63,769 nt of DNA, filler included, from Octopus bimaculoides (GCF_001194135.2; 4 parts of 3 records of this genome joined end to end with filler, not necessarily neighbours in it); one strand, 5' to 3'; positions 13,112 through 26,424 are shown, counted from the first letter of the whole stretch. Made by a program: numbers and translations. Notes: generated by a model from the letters alone, not told the origin.

Positions 13112-13674
13112 GTAAAAATCATTCATGTTTGATCTCTTCATTACTCGCTTTATTAATGTATTTATTTATTCATGTCGATAATTAAAAACCATATAAGTCC
13201 ATGTTTCAAATCTAATTAATACCACACAAGTATTTAAAGTATTAATCATTTGGAGAGAGGATTAAAATGGCACACATTGTGGGATGTTCAAGAATTCAAA
13301 ATATGACATCGACACATTTTATATTAACTAGTATTATTGAGGATCTTGTTTCAAAACAGGTTCTATAAAAATTAGGTACCATGCTTTTTCGATCTATGCT
13401 TTCAAATATCTTTGCTGAGATCGATGTAAAGCCAGCTAAATCGACTGAAGTTGAGGTTTATTTAAAAAAAAAAAGATTAAAAAACGTGAAACCGAAAAGT
13501 ACGTAACTGGAAACGACGAAAGTTGAGATATACATACCTGTATTTGGAAATTTATTAGTGTTTTGGTTGCTTATTCTTAAATATTTGAATTTAAAATTGT
13601 TCGAAATTCTGTTTTAAAGAACGGAGAAGTCTTTTTCGAATGAATGATTACAACATATTGTCTTTCTTTTTCAG

Positions 13675-13782
13675 ACAAATGCCCAACATTGTGCTTTAAC
13701 GGTGGAAAATGTATCGCAACCAGAACAAACAGCACAGTTTGCTTGTGTCCAGAGAGATATTTTGGCGATCGGTGTCAAAACG
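13675..13782 (+). CDS. Plus gene exon: EGF-like 1
   Basis: tttcag|AC...AAC G|gtatat, 108 nt, phase 1-1; KCPTLCFNGGKCIATRTNSTVCLCPERYFGDRCQN. Confidence 0.9.
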
Positions 13783-13932
13783 GTATATTTTCTAGATATG
13801 AACACGTCTAATGTACATACGTACATACATACATGCATACATACATACACACGTACATACATACATACATACATACATACATACATACATACATACATAC
13901 ATACATACATACATACATACATACATACATAC

Positions 13933-14135
13933 AAAAAGGAATACTGGTGGAATGTCGCAGTAAAGACCTCAGTAAAATGTAAGAACAACAGACCTGATAT
14001 AATGATTTGGGATAGAGAAAAGAAACTATGCACACTTGTGGAAATTTTCCTGCCCAGCGGATGTTAACATAAAGCTGAAGATCAGTAAAAATGAGAACGC
14101 CTATGCTGAGCTATTGAAAGATCTGCAATTACTCT
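13933..14135 (+). mobile_element. RLE-LINE fragment, (ATAC)n-associated family
   Basis: KEYWWNVAVKTSVKCKNNRPDIMIWDREKKLCTLVEI/SCPADVNIKLKISKNENAYAELL (PD-(D/E)xK-type endonuclease region); begins immediately after (ATAC)n; homologous to 55200-55370. Confidence 0.85.
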
Positions 14136-14193
14136 ATCATCGTCATCATTTTGTAAATGTATATATGTGCGGTGTTTGTATGCATATGTTTGC

Positions 14194-14416
14194 ATTAGGT
14201 TGGTGCATAATTATTGCGGCTTTTTTTCAATAAATTTTATTCAACAAAAAATTTTAACAAAACGCCAATTCAAAGCAAATGGGAAGCAGTAATTGAAGTA
14301 GATGGTGAATATGCACCGGAATAATCATTTAAAGATGTTTTTGTTAAATGTTGTTATTGTTTTTGTTGGATAAAATTTATTAGAAAAAAGCCGCAATAAT
14401 TATGCACCAACCAAAT
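14194..14416. mobile_element. Mariner-type MITE with ~50-bp TIRs
   Basis: GGTTGGTGCATAATTATTGCGGCTTTTTT..AATAAATTTTAT.CAACAAAAA is present at both ends in inverted orientation; mariner-like TIR start. Confidence 0.8.
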
Positions 14417-14634
14417 ATAAAGAAATAACATTTAGTGTTCAAGACTTTAATGTCACTGATGTTAATTGCTTTAAAATTTAATTAAAATTTTGTAGATAGA
14501 ATCTTAAATACGATATTTTCTTCCTGTAGACTAGAGTATTAAGAAAGTATTAGTTAATTAATTAATCAATTAATTCTGTAAGTTACGAACTAATTAATTT
14601 TAATAACAATTCAAACCAATTTCTTTATTTGCAG

Positions 14635-14730
14635 CTTCTTGTTCTCCTGGTTGCTTCAATGGAGGAGAATGTGTAGAAGTCGGGAAATGCCGCTGTTTAG
14701 ATGGCTACCAAGGAGAGTTATGTGAGCAAG
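14635..14730 (+). CDS. Plus gene exon: EGF-like 2
   Basis: ttgcag|CT...CAA G|gtaaag, 96 nt, phase 1-1; SCSPGCFNGGECVEVGKCRCLDGYQGELCEQ. Confidence 0.92.
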
Positions 14731-15009
14731 GTAAAGTGCGTTAATGGTTGATAATGGCCCAACTGCTTCACACACACACACACACACGCAAGCATACACA
14801 CAGACACACGCATGCATACACACGCACGCACACACTCCTATACACGTGCATACATACATATATTATGGTTTGGATGCATGTGTGTGTGTACCCTATGTAT
14901 ATGTGATTCTGTACATATGTCCACCCAGGGACATCAAATGCAAAACCCTTGAAATCTTTTACAAATTTTTGCTGTTTCTCTAATCGACTGTATCTGAAGA
15001 ATGCAAAGC

Positions 15010-15597
15010 AATTTGCTCTGTTCTATCTTAAAGAACCCCGGTATCTCAAGGTCGTTATGCAGACATGTTGTGACATAGCCCAGCGCATCTATGATAATAG
15101 AAACAAGTGAAGGTCTATAGCTGGGATGTAAGAGCTGTTGGCTTCTTAACTATCCTCTTATTAAGCTCTTCTCACTTTCCCAAACTTTTGAAGCAACATT
15201 CACATCTATTTGAGCGGCTGATCTCTTCAACGATGCGCAATATTTTCTCCTTGTCTCATACAGTTACATCTGGACTGTTGTGCTTACACCTTGTCACTGT
15301 TGTTATTGGTATGTCCCACCGATAATAATCACTATTTTTAAAGATGTGGGTATTCTCAGGTTCTGACGTGCCTTTGGTCTGGTCGTCAGGAGAATCCTTC
15401 CCGCGTATAGCATTGTAGACTGGCTTAATGACAATGCTATGTCTCACAGTAACACCTTGCGGACATTTTTGGACAGCTACAAATGATACGAACAATATCT
15501 TTCACGCTGGTTATGGCACAGAACGACACTATCACAACGTGCAGGTCTAGAGATAGCCTAATCTTGTTGAGAAGGTATTTAGTAGCTATCTCCTATT
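15010..15597 (-). mobile_element. Decayed RLE-LINE fragment
   Basis: YYRWDIPITTVTRCKHNSPDVTV*DKEKI..IVE resembles the RLE region of 13933 and 54777. A degenerate (GTAT)n tract at ~15607-15650 lies on its 5' side. Confidence 0.6.
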
Positions 15598-16225
15598 TTT
15601 GGAGACGTATGTATGTATACATGTATATGTGTATGTATGTGTATGTATAGTTGTTTGTGTGTGCGCGCGCGCGCGCGTGATTATCAAGTTCCGACCTGAT
15701 AATGGTAGTAATCGACGACAAATAAGAAAGAACTTATTATTAAGATCAGTATTGTACAAATGTAATTATATATATATTTAATATAATTTAATAAAGCATC
15801 AATGAAGCCAGTTCATTCGGTGCAGAGACTGTTCACCATATTGTGATGTATACTTATTACCTTTCCAACCAGTAAACGCCTGGTTATTCACTCCGTTTTC
15901 GTTAATTTAAAAGTGATTGTGGGTGCTGGCTAAATTGAGAGTTGGATAGACGAAATGTTGAGTATTATTTAATGAAATGTTTCTTCATGTGCCGGGTTCA
16001 AATTCCCTCTGTTCCGATTTTGCCTTTCTCTTTTTTTTACTGAGGTTTGTTCAATCGTCTGTACACTTTCTCTAAAAATGTCTAACCTGTTGCCTTTGCT
16101 TTTCTTATTTCGGGGTCGATGAAATAAATACCAGTTGCGTAGTGAGGTCGATGTAATTAATTAACCCCTCTCGCCAAAATTTCAAGCTTTGTGCTTTAGT
16201 AGAAAGAATTATTAGTCTCGCAGAG

Positions 16226-16445
16226 GGTGTCGAGCTGGCAGAAACGTTAGCACCCCCGGATGAAATGCTTAGCGGTATTTCGTCTGTCTTTGCATTCTGA
16301 GTTCAAATTTCGCCGAGGTTGACTTTGCCTTTCATCTTTTCAGGGTCGATAAATTAAGTACCAGTTGCGTGCTGGGGATCAATTTAATCGACTGTCCCCC
16401 TCCCCCAAATTTTCAGGCCTTGTGCCTAGAGTAGAAAAGAAAAGA
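16226..16445 (+). mobile_element. tRNA-derived SINE (family A)
   Basis: A-box-like TGGCAGAAACGTTAG, B-box-like GAGTTCAAATT, then the shared body GGGTCGATAAATTAAGTACCAGTTGCG...GTGCCTAGAGTAGAAAAG. Many copies in the window, plus a degenerate copy just upstream (~15925-16210). Confidence 0.8.
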
Positions 16446-17044
16446 ATAATTGTATATTAAGTTGGCCCAGCACTCCACCGATGTATTATTTTTTTATTTC
16501 AGATATATTGTCCTTTGTATTTAGTATTTAGAGCGATCCATTGATATATTTTCCCTTTAACCGAGTTATTTGTTACTCCTTATTAACCTGATTCAGTTGA
16601 CTCACTAAAACGGATCGAATGAGCGGATACAACGACTCTTCTGTCTTCAACTTCACATAAACTGCTTCCGCTTTCTTTCAACTCTACTTTGTACAATGTC
16701 ATTCTTACAATAGTTTTATGATTGATTACTTGTAGTTAAACGATTTCCTCACAACTCGCATAAATTCACATTTACAATCACAAACCTGGTTCACTAGCCA
16801 ACAGCAGAGACGACAAATCTTTTTCGACGTGCTAGAAATAGCAAACAAATCTCTCCTAAATCACGCCCTACGGTTTTAAAGACATAAAGGCGTTGGATAA
16901 ACTAGTACTGGACTTGCGCTACGCTTGGGAAGAAAAAATAAAGAAGAGAAGACGCGATGGTGACAAATAGTAAGGCTTTGACCGTAAGTCTGCCCAATGC
17001 GACCTAACTTAGGCTAAAGAATACGCACGCACACACACACACAC

Positions 17045-17094
<50 letters not shown>

Positions 17095-17607
17095 NNNNNN
17101 NNNNNNNNNNNNNNNNNNNNNNNNNNNNNNNNNNNNNNNNNNNNNNNNNNNNNNNNNNNNNNNNNNNNNNNNNNNNNNNNNNNNNNNNNNNNNNNNNNNN
17201 NNNNNNNNNNNNNNNNNNNNNNNNNNNNNNNNNNNNNNNNNNNNNNNNNNNNNNNNNNNNNNNNNNNNNNNNNNNNNNNNNNNNNNNNNNNNNNNNNNNN
17301 NNNNNNNNNNNNNNNNNNNNNNNNNNCGATGCTGCGAGAATGTACTGAAAGATCATCGGTTCAGATCGTGGAATAAAGATACTTATTACACCTTTTGTCA
17401 ATTTACTAAACTGAAACTATTTTCTGCTGGGAGTTCCTTTCAATAATGATTAACAGTCGAAGGGTTACAATGTCCGATAAAATTAACGTGTAGGTTATGT
17501 GTATGTGTGCGTGCGTGTGTGTGTGTGTGTATGTGTGTGTGTGTGTGTGTCTGTGTGTGTGTGTATATATATTCGTGATTGCAAATACACCAATTTCTAT
17601 TTTGCAG

Positions 17608-17703
17608 CAATCTGTGAATTTCCTTGCAAGAATGGTGGACAATGTGTTCGGCCAAATTTGTGTAAATGCACTTCCAATTACTCTGGCATGGACTGCTCAC
17701 ACC
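17608..17703 (+). CDS. Plus gene exon: EGF-like 3
   Basis: ttgcag|CA...CAC C|gtaagt, 96 nt, phase 1-1; ICEFPCKNGGQCVRPNLCKCTSNYSGMDCSH. Confidence 0.93.
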
Positions 17704-17806
17704 GTAAGTTGGGAACTTTCTCTGTTTTTGTATATTTCGTACACACGTACATGTTTGTAACAATGATTATGCTAACAAACAACAACAGCAACAACAATAA
17801 CAACAA

Positions 17807-18278
<472 letters not shown>

Positions 18279-18534
18279 TGGACACTTTTACCTCTTCGGG
18301 CTTTATCAGTAGCACGCGCTTATTTATGTATAGCTCTTTTGTTACTGTTGTCTCACATGTATTTTGTTGTACTTCACTTTTAGTCCTTGTGTGTCCATCA
18401 ACTCAGTTATGTTCCCAATTTCACAATCAGAGACACCGAAACTACAATGGTCTTCATGGCTGATGAGAGGATTTCCATATTGTTTGTCCTTTGTCCATTT
18501 CTATGAATCCTTTTCCTGTTTCATTTCGATTTTC

Positions 18535-18579
<45 letters not shown>

Positions 18580-18700
18580 ATATATATATATGAATTAGTT
18601 ATAGGAAACAATGGAATCTAGGCACATCAACACCGCCCCCAAACCATTTTTGGTGTCCGACGTGTTGATGTGCTTTCTTTTGCTTTATTATTTTCTTCAG

Positions 18701-18796
18701 CATTATGTGATCGAGGCTGTTCCCATGGCGGTGTCTGTGTCGCTGCTAATCTTTGTTCTTGCCGCCAGGGTTACACGGGAAGATACTGTGATACAC
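18701..18796 (+). CDS. Plus gene exon: EGF-like 4
   Basis: cttcag|CA...ACA C|gtaggt, 96 nt, phase 1-1; LCDRGCSHGGVCVAANLCSCRQGYTGRYCDT. This frame is not shown in the ORF track. Confidence 0.92.
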
Positions 18797-19511
18797 GTAG
18801 GTATTCGCTTTGCTGAACTTCCTTTCTTTCGTATGCATCTGCCCTCCTTTATTACGGGGTTTGGTAAAATAAATAAATAAATGAATAAAAACAGTGATAA
18901 ATGAATCGTTTCCTTGTACTTTGTAATATAAAAGGAACGATAGATTTCGTTGACACCAAACTTGCGGCCCACAACGGTGCAGCTTCCAACATCACGTATA
19001 TTCTTGCTCATCCCTACATTATCCTATAGAAAATACATTCGTCTGCGTCGTTTGGTAGGATCAGGCACCTTCCTATTTCTTCTTCTGTCCACCGGCTCCA
19101 TGTTAATGGGTACGAGTACGTAAATCCGCATAAATAATGCGTGACCTCGCAGCACGATAGTGGGTGCTTTTTGGGTAGCTGTGCATTGTGGGTGAAGGTT
19201 GGGCCGCGTTCTTTTTTTTTTTCGGTGTAAGTAAAATCTTCGACTGATTGCCTATCCGTTACAGATCAATCTGAGATAATTGTAACATGGTTCACAACTG
19301 AGCGAAGCATGCGATCCCAGATCAGTGATGAATGGTACTCCGTTGGTTACGACGACGAGGGTTCCTGCTGATCTGATCGATGGAACAGCCTGCTCGTGAT
19401 ATTAACGTGGAAGTGTATCAGACGGGTAGTCATGATGGGTACACTGGGCTTCGTATATTTTACGCCAGTGTCACTTTGATGGCATGCACTACTCTCTCAC
19501 TCAATAATAAC

Positions 19512-19563
<52 letters not shown>

Positions 19564-20056
19564 TAAGACCCTTTGGGACTTTCCTGTACATACAGAGAAG
19601 ACCATCAAAGCTAATAAAGGCCAAAATAATAACGTCTGTTTATTGATTGACATGAGTATCCTTTGTGATCATAGCATTGCGGCAAATGAATTTGATAAAC
19701 ACAGAAAATATAAAGAGCACTAAGAATGATCAAAATGGAATACAGTTACAAGGCTGTTGTGTTGTTTTTTATAATGACTGTGTGTTTAGCATTGTTGTTA
19801 TGTCTCCGTTACACGTTGCTTCTAAGGTCTCTCTTCATGGAAAAAGTGTAAACCTAGTATGATATGTCTGTGTGAGGGAGACGACAGTGTACGGATGTTT
19901 ACTGACCAAAGACTGTATCAATGGCACAGATTTACTTAGTGTATTTAACGTCTTGGGCCAATTCTAGTTTGCCACAAAACCATTTAAGCTTAAAATGCAT
20001 TAAATCCCCCAGGATGATTTCATTGTTTTTTTCTGGCGTTTCTTCTTTTCTTTCAG

Positions 20057-20152
20057 CAATCTGCTCTCGTCGATGCCAAAACGGTGGCACTTGTATTTTC
20101 CCCCAGCAATGTAAATGTCTACCCAATACATCTGGATTGTTCTGTGAAAAAT
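20057..20152 (+). CDS. Plus gene exon: EGF-like 5
   Basis: tttcag|CA...AAA T|gtaagt, 96 nt, phase 1-1; ICSRRCQNGGTCIFPQQCKCLPNTSGLFCEK. Confidence 0.93.
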
Positions 20153-20424
20153 GTAAGTCCTAATGATATTCTTGTAATTTATACTAAACTACCACCGTTT
20201 TTGGTGGTGTATTTCTGTATTCCTGCAAATGGGGTTTCTGCAGCGGGTTTTCTAAAATTCAAATAGGCTTTCTTCCATAATTGTCCGCTTAATTGCAGGA
20301 CACCCCTCCCATTGTCAATGCCTGTCTTTATTCGTTTTTTTTGTTCTTTTTGTTAATTTTCTCTCGATGTTGTTTCATTCATTAACTATTTCAAATCCGA
20401 ACTGTTACATTGAACTTAATAATA

Positions 20425-20634
20425 ATTTCAAATTTTTGCCACAAGGGCAACTTGGGGGAGGTGGAGGTGATTCGATTACATCGACCCCAGTGTTTAACTG
20501 GTACTTATTTTATCGACCCCGAAAGGATGAAAGGCAAAGCTGATCTCGGCGGAATTTGAACTCAGAACGTAGCGACTGGCGAAATATCGCTAAGCATTTC
20601 GTCCAACGTGCTAACGATTCTGCCAGTAACCGCC
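20425..20634 (-). mobile_element. SINE family A, full length with 20-bp TSD
   Basis: TTACATTGAACTTAATAATA at 20405-20424 and 20635-20654 flanks the copy. Confidence 0.85.
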
Positions 20635-20727
20635 TTACATTGAACTTAATAATAGCTTATTGATAAAGGCTTATAGCCTTAAATCTACTTCATATATTTA
20701 TTTATCTAATATATATATCCGTGTAAT

Positions 20728-20947
20728 GCGGCGAGCTGGCAGAATCATTAGCACGCCGGGTGAAATGCTTAGCGCTATTTCGTCTATCTTTACGTTCTGA
20801 GTTCAAATTCCGCCGAGGTAGACTTTGCCTTTCATCATTTCGGGGTCGATAAATTAAGTACCATTAGCGTACTGGGGTTGATCTAATCGACTGCCCCGCC
20901 CCTCCCCCAAAATTTCAAGCCTTGTGCCTAGAGTAGAAAAAATCTGT
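20728..20947 (+). mobile_element. SINE family A, full length
   Basis: GCGGCGAGCTGGCAGAATCATTAG...GAGTTCAAATTCC...GTGCCTAGAGTAGAAAA; near-TSD ATCCGTGTAAT / ATCCCTGTAAT. Confidence 0.85.
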
Positions 20948-22402
20948 ATCCCTGTAATAATCTTTACTGACTTTATCTTTCGTTGCTGGATGTTTTGTCT
21001 TGTGTATATATTTCTCAATATTTGTAAGTCAGTCGTTGGACGAATTGAAAACCCATTTAAACAGTGTGAATTAGTTAATATCAAGACCCTGAAGCGGATT
21101 AGCGGATTCGAATGATCAACTCATTGAACTCTTCATAAACGACGGCATGGCTGAATCGCCGGTACCAATCAGGGGCGGTGGAAGGAGCACAATTATTGGA
21201 GGGTAGGCCCAAAATGTCTCCTTAAAAATCCATATTTATTGGGTCTATATTTTTAAGGAGAGAAGAATCGAGGAAACAAAAATGTGTAACTGGAGTGAAA
21301 CTGATAGCAAACGTAAATCAAAATTGGTTCGTGTGCTTTAGTTGTTAAACTTCTTATCTCTATATCTTCACCACTCACCACGAATTATTCCACTTTGTTT
21401 GACACGACCGACACAAGTGTGTATGTGAAGGCATGTGTGTGCGCGCGCGTGCGTATGAAACACTCTTCTGTAGCTTAAATTGCGTGGTGAGAAGGGGATA
21501 TGATTAGCTAAAATATTTCTTTCGGATTTTTGGCACAAGGCCAGCAATTCTGAGGAGAGGGGCAGCGGGGTTAGTCGATAACGTTGACCCCAGTTCTTCA
21601 ATGTACTTATTTTATCGATCCTGAAAAGATGAAAGGCGAAAAGCGGAATTGACTACAATGGGATTCGAAATTTGAACGTAAAGAGACGGAACAGATACCA
21701 CAAAAGCAATTTTCCCGACGCTCTAAGAATTCCACCGATTCCCCGTCCAGGACTGGCACAAGACGTTTTCGACCCTGGAAGGGTGAAAGGCAAAGCTGAC
21801 TTAAGCAGAAACGGAACTCTTAAAGACTCTTTAACCGAAAACCTTACAGAACGGTGATGGTGATGACGATGACGATAGTGATGGTGGAGTTGGGGGAATG
21901 GTAGTAGTGATGATGGTTATAGTGGTGGTGGTGATGATGATGATGATGATGATGATGATNNNNNNNNNNNNNNNNNNNNNNNNNNNNNNNNNNNNNNNNN
22001 NNNNNNNNNNNNNNNNNNNNNNNNNNNNNNNNNNNNNNNNNNNNNNNNNNNNNNNNNNNNNNNNNNNNNNNNNNNNNNNNNNNNNNNNNNNNNNNNNNNN
22101 NNNNNNNNNNNNNNNNNNNNNNNNNNNNNNNNNNNNNNNNNNNNNNNNNNNNNNNNNNNNNNNNNNNNNNNNNNNNNNNNNNNNNNNNNNNNNNNNNNNN
22201 NNNNNNNNNNNNNNNNNNNNNNNNNNNNNNNNNNNNNNNNNNNNNNNNNNNNNNNNNNNNNNNNNNNNNNNNNNNNNNNNNNNNNNNNNNNNNNNNNNNN
22301 NNNNNNNNNNNNNNNNNNNNNNNNNNNNNNNNNNNNNNNNNNNNNNNNNNNNNNNNNNNNNNNNNNNNNNNNNNNNNNNNNNNNNNNNNNNNNNNNNNNN
22401 NN

Positions 22403-22426
22403 TTATGGCAAACGATGTGAACATAG
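22403..22426 (+). CDS. Plus gene exon (3' end only): EGF-like 6
   Basis: Emerges from the N gap as TAT GGC AAA CGA TGT GAA CAT AG|gtaggt (YGKRCEH), phase 2 donor, matching the phase-2 acceptor at 23748. Confidence 0.75.
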
Positions 22427-23747
22427 GTAGGTTCTCACTTCTTTTGTAATTTTTTCTTTGTTTTTTGCTTTTTTCATATGAGTTTACAGTTTTTTTTTTG
22501 TGCTTTTTTGTTTTTTGAAGCCAACAAAAATGTTTTTAAATCTTTGGTAAAGTAAAAACTTGAACCGCGCAAATGAACTTTGTGTTAAGCTCTAACGTTT
22601 GTTGTTCTGATGTGAATTTCTCAGACAAAACGGTGCCAGATAGTTCTCAGATGTAATCTCCTTCAGAACAGCCAATTACAGCTGCTGTATTAGTTTTGCA
22701 TTTAAGAAAAAAAAAAGGGCCTTGTGTTTCATAATTTCATTTAAAAGAGACTTCCAATTCTTGTTGTTGTGTTGAAGAAACTATATAATTTTTTTACTTC
22801 ATTTCTGGCAACTAATTTCTGAATTATTACACAATTATGAGCAAAGTTAATACTTATCTAAGACTCTAAGATCACTCCACGTACAACACGTCGTATTAAT
22901 TTCAACAGGATAAACTTCCCACCAGTCTTTTTTGAGACTGTGAGCTTTCGTTGAAAGTGATATTTTCTTCTCTTTTTTTTCTCTTCAACTCCATACTGTG
23001 ACCTAATTGTTCCATGAAAAATTTAAATATCTGCACTCAATTACAGTCTATGACCCAGAAATCTAGTTTAAAGGATTACAACAACAACATAAAAAAATAC
23101 TAAGTCTTGTAACTATTACGGGCAAATCGACGAATAGGCTCTGTCTCTCAACACACACACACACACATACCACCACCACCACCACCACTGCCACCACCTC
23201 CAGAGAATTCCTCTGTAGTTGGAAACTGCATTACAGTTGCTGTCCACTGGAAGTTTCCTGTAACTCTAATTCTATATTTATTGTGCCTTGTAAAAGAGAA
23301 GCTTAGCGAATAAACTTGATTTTGATGTTGCCAGAAATGGCGCAGCTTTGCACAAAAATTCCTTGCTGAATTCTTGTGTTTTCAAATAGCAGTGAGGTCG
23401 TCTTTGCTTTCGCCTTACCAGGATTGATAAAATGAAATACCAGTCAAGTACTGGGGCCAGTTTCATCGACTGGCCCCTCTCCTCAAATTTCAGGCTTCGT
23501 ACTTGTGTTAGACTCTTAACACAATCGTTTGAGCAACTGTTCTGGTTCCTTACGTCATGAGTTCAAAAGCCGCTCGGGTCAACATTAGTTTCCATTCCTC
23601 CAGGTTCGATAAAATAAAGTACCAGTCAAGTATTGAGCACGATAATATCGAATAACCCCCTCCCCTTAAAGTTGCAGACCTGGTGCTTAAACCAGAAGCG
23701 ATTGTTGTTGTTGCTGTTTTTGTTGATATTGTTGTTTTGCATTTTAG

Positions 23748-23864
23748 CAAGTGCAGTCTGGAGAAACAGATGAAACCAAAGACGCGAACTTACAGAAGAA
23801 AGATCAAAGAAGAATACGTGACAAGATGTGGCTCAAGGTTTATGAGAGAATGCCGGAAAACAGT
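23748..23864 (+). CDS. Plus gene exon: N-terminal half of an EMI domain
   Basis: ttttag|C AAG TGC...ACA GT|gtaagt, 117 nt, phase 2-2; (S)KCSLEKQMKPKTRTYRRKIKEEYVTRCGSRFMRECRKT(V). Cys spacing resembles the EMI first half of EGFL7/8-type proteins. Confidence 0.75.
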
Positions 23865-24032
23865 GTAAGTAATGACACGTTTGGGTGGAACAGAGGCTGG
23901 AATGGCACGTTTGGTAGTGCGTCACCTTTAGTTGCGCCTAATTTGAAAGAACTAGAATCTCTTAATTTATTCCCAATATTTCAGGCCCGTGTTAGAAATT
24001 ACAATTCTTTGTGGAAGAGACTTCTCAGCACC

Positions 24033-24087
<55 letters not shown>

Positions 24088-24090
<3 letters not shown>

Positions 24091-24270
24091 TGCTTTCTAA
24101 TTGATGTATCAATACCAGCAGATGACAACGTTTCTCTAAAAGAAATGGAAAAACTTTCAAAATACAAAGACCTGGAAATAGAGATAACTCGAATGTGGAA
24201 TCTAAAAACAGAAACAATTCCTATCATAGTAGGTGCCTTAGGTATAATAAAAAAATATTCAGACAAATAC
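24088..24270 (+). mobile_element. R4/Dong-like RLE-LINE 3' fragment
   Basis: Directly after (AAT)n: LIDVSIPADDNVSLKEMEKLSKYKDLEIEITRMWNLKTETIPIIVGALG; cut by the spacer. Confidence 0.85.
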
Positions 24271-24370
24271 NNNNNNNNNNNNNNNNNNNNNNNNNNNNNN
24301 NNNNNNNNNNNNNNTTAATTAATTAANNNNNNNNNNNNNNNNNNNNNNNNNNNNNNNNNNNNNNNNNNNN
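24271..24370. other. Artificial 100-nt scaffold spacer
   Basis: 44 N + TTAATTAATTAA (24315-24326; stop codons in all six frames) + 44 N; the same structure recurs at 40798 and 58701. Confidence 0.95.
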
Positions 24371-24968
24371 TATATATATATATATATATATATATATGCG
24401 TGTGTGTATGTATATCTATCTATATATATATATAGTTTGTGTTGTAAATTATCTTATTTTAGACAGTTTGGAGTCTGTGGGTGTATGGTCAAGCTTGTTG
24501 GGATCATGGTTCAATAATGTGTTGAAACTCAGTCTAAGAATACGTTTATTCGCAGAAATATCATATTTGAAGGCGATAGAAGAAAGGCCTATTGTAAATA
24601 TAGTGCAAGAGACAGAAATGTGAAATGTGGAATGTAAGGTCAATAATTTTGGTTTCAATTTAGCGATTATTCATGAAAAAATTTCAGATTTATCAGATCA
24701 TTAGCTATGGAGAATTTAGCAACTTAGGTTAGAAAGTTCTTTGAAAGAACAGATATATTTTAAAGCTTTATCATTCTTTTAAATGATTTTAAAGTGATGG
24801 TCTTTGATAAAGTGATACAGATTCTGGGAAATTTTTAATACCAGTTATATATATTCACTAAATATCTAATGTTTTATCCTTATTTTCATCACGTTTTACT
24901 ACTCTGTGCAATGTAGACAACTTCATATGTGAAAATGTAAAAGGTGGTTAAAAAAAGTGATGACAAAC

Positions 24969-25071
24969 CATCTTTGACTTCTCCTTTCAAAAAATCCATA
25001 GCATAACCATTAAGGCTGACAGTGAAACCTTCCGCTATCAAGATTTTCTCTTCAAACTTTATTGTCAAAGA
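24969..25071 (-). CDS. SCO-spondin-like gene exon 6: VWD, middle part
   Basis: ttaaag|TCT TTG...GAT G|gtttgt, 103 nt, phase 0-1; SLTIKFEEKILIAEGFTVSLNGYAMDFLKGEVKD continues the VWD fold (S-L-x-I...V-x-L-N-G) in frame with exon 5. Confidence 0.75.
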
Positions 25072-25654
25072 CTTTAAAGAATCGAAAGATAAAAAAAGTC
25101 AATGCATTTGAAAGACGTGAATAAATTAAATATAAGTAAAACAAAAGGAATCCTAAAACCATGTTACCGATACTGATTGAGTCTTAAACAGTTTCCTCTG
25201 TGGAGCTGTTTGGAAAGTCATCATAGTTGACAAATGATGAGTAAGAAGACAGGCAATGTTAGCTGAGATCCTTTCAACAAATGACCACGAGGAAGATGTT
25301 GACGAGGTGGCTGTATGATGGCCGAAGGTGTTTTTCATTTAACTTGATCTGTGGTATATACTTTTGTAAATGTTACAATTTCACCAGTAAGCGGAGGTTG
25401 GTGACTTTTTTTTTCCACCATTTATTATAAACGGTAATATTTGCTGGTACTTTTGCGTGGCAGCTATGTAATTAAGATATAGCTGCATTGTTAAGATTTT
25501 TGGTCGTGTAAGAGATATGGAGAAATATGCCTTTAAAGAGATGAAGTTACCAGAGATAGCATAAAGATGCAAAGACCTACCAATGCGTAAAAGACTGAAA
25601 TTTAACTGAGTTTTTATCATTAAAAAGAAAACATGAAAAACAAAAATATCTTAC

Positions 25655-25851
25655 TTTTCGGCATGAAAGTTTTGATTGACAGTTTAGTATTGTGAGAGTT
25701 ATGATCCATTCCTTGCCATATTCCAGCAAGTTGTAGGTGCAGACATCAGATTGTAAGGGGAAAAAATTACCATCAAAGGTCTTCATAAATTGAGTTCCGG
25801 TCAATCGACAACTTGGATCAATCTGTAGAGTCCTATTAAGTGTTTTAAAAT
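25655..25851 (-). CDS. SCO-spondin-like gene exon 5: VWD, N-terminal part
   Basis: ttttag|AT TTT...CGA AAA|gtaaga, 197 nt, phase 1-0; FKTLNRTLQIDPSCRLTGTQFMKTFDGNFFPLQSDVCTYNLLEYGKEWIITLTILNCQSKLSCRK (C...TFDG...CTY-L VWD signature). Confidence 0.9.
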
Positions 25852-26387
25852 CTAAAAGTATATGTAAAGTCACTTTATTAATCCCAGATTGAAATATGTA
25901 CGAAAATATCCCTATAATTAACTATACAAGTAAATCTATTTTGCTATAATCTCTCATCACATTGTTATATGATTACCATGCTTTTTTTAGAGATTAAATA
26001 TTTTTCGATTAAACGAATATTATTTAAAGAGGAGACAATGGGGACTGAATGCAATTCGCCCCACACCATATATATATATATATATTTATATATANNNNNN
26101 NNNNNNNNNNNNNNNNNNNNNNNNNNNNNNNNNNNNNNNNNNNNNNNNNNNNNNNNNNNNNNNNNNNNNNNNNNNNNNNNNNNNNNNNNNNNNNNNNNNN
26201 NNNNNNNNNNNNNNNNNNNNNNNNNNNNNNNNNNNNNNNNNNNNNNNNNNNNNNNNNNNNNNNNNNNNNNNNNNNNNNNNNNNNNNNNNNNNNNNNNNNN
26301 NNNNNNNNNNNNNNNNNNNNNNNNNNNNNNNNNNNNNNNNNNNNNNNNNNNNNNNNNNNNNNNNNNNNNNNNNNNNNNNNNNNNNNN

Positions 26388-26424
<37 letters not shown>

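Noticed and set aside
24462-24633. Plus-strand acceptor/donor-like sites just after the first spacer as the continuation of the plus gene
   Set aside because: No phase-2 open exon with the EMI CC motif; stops intervene.
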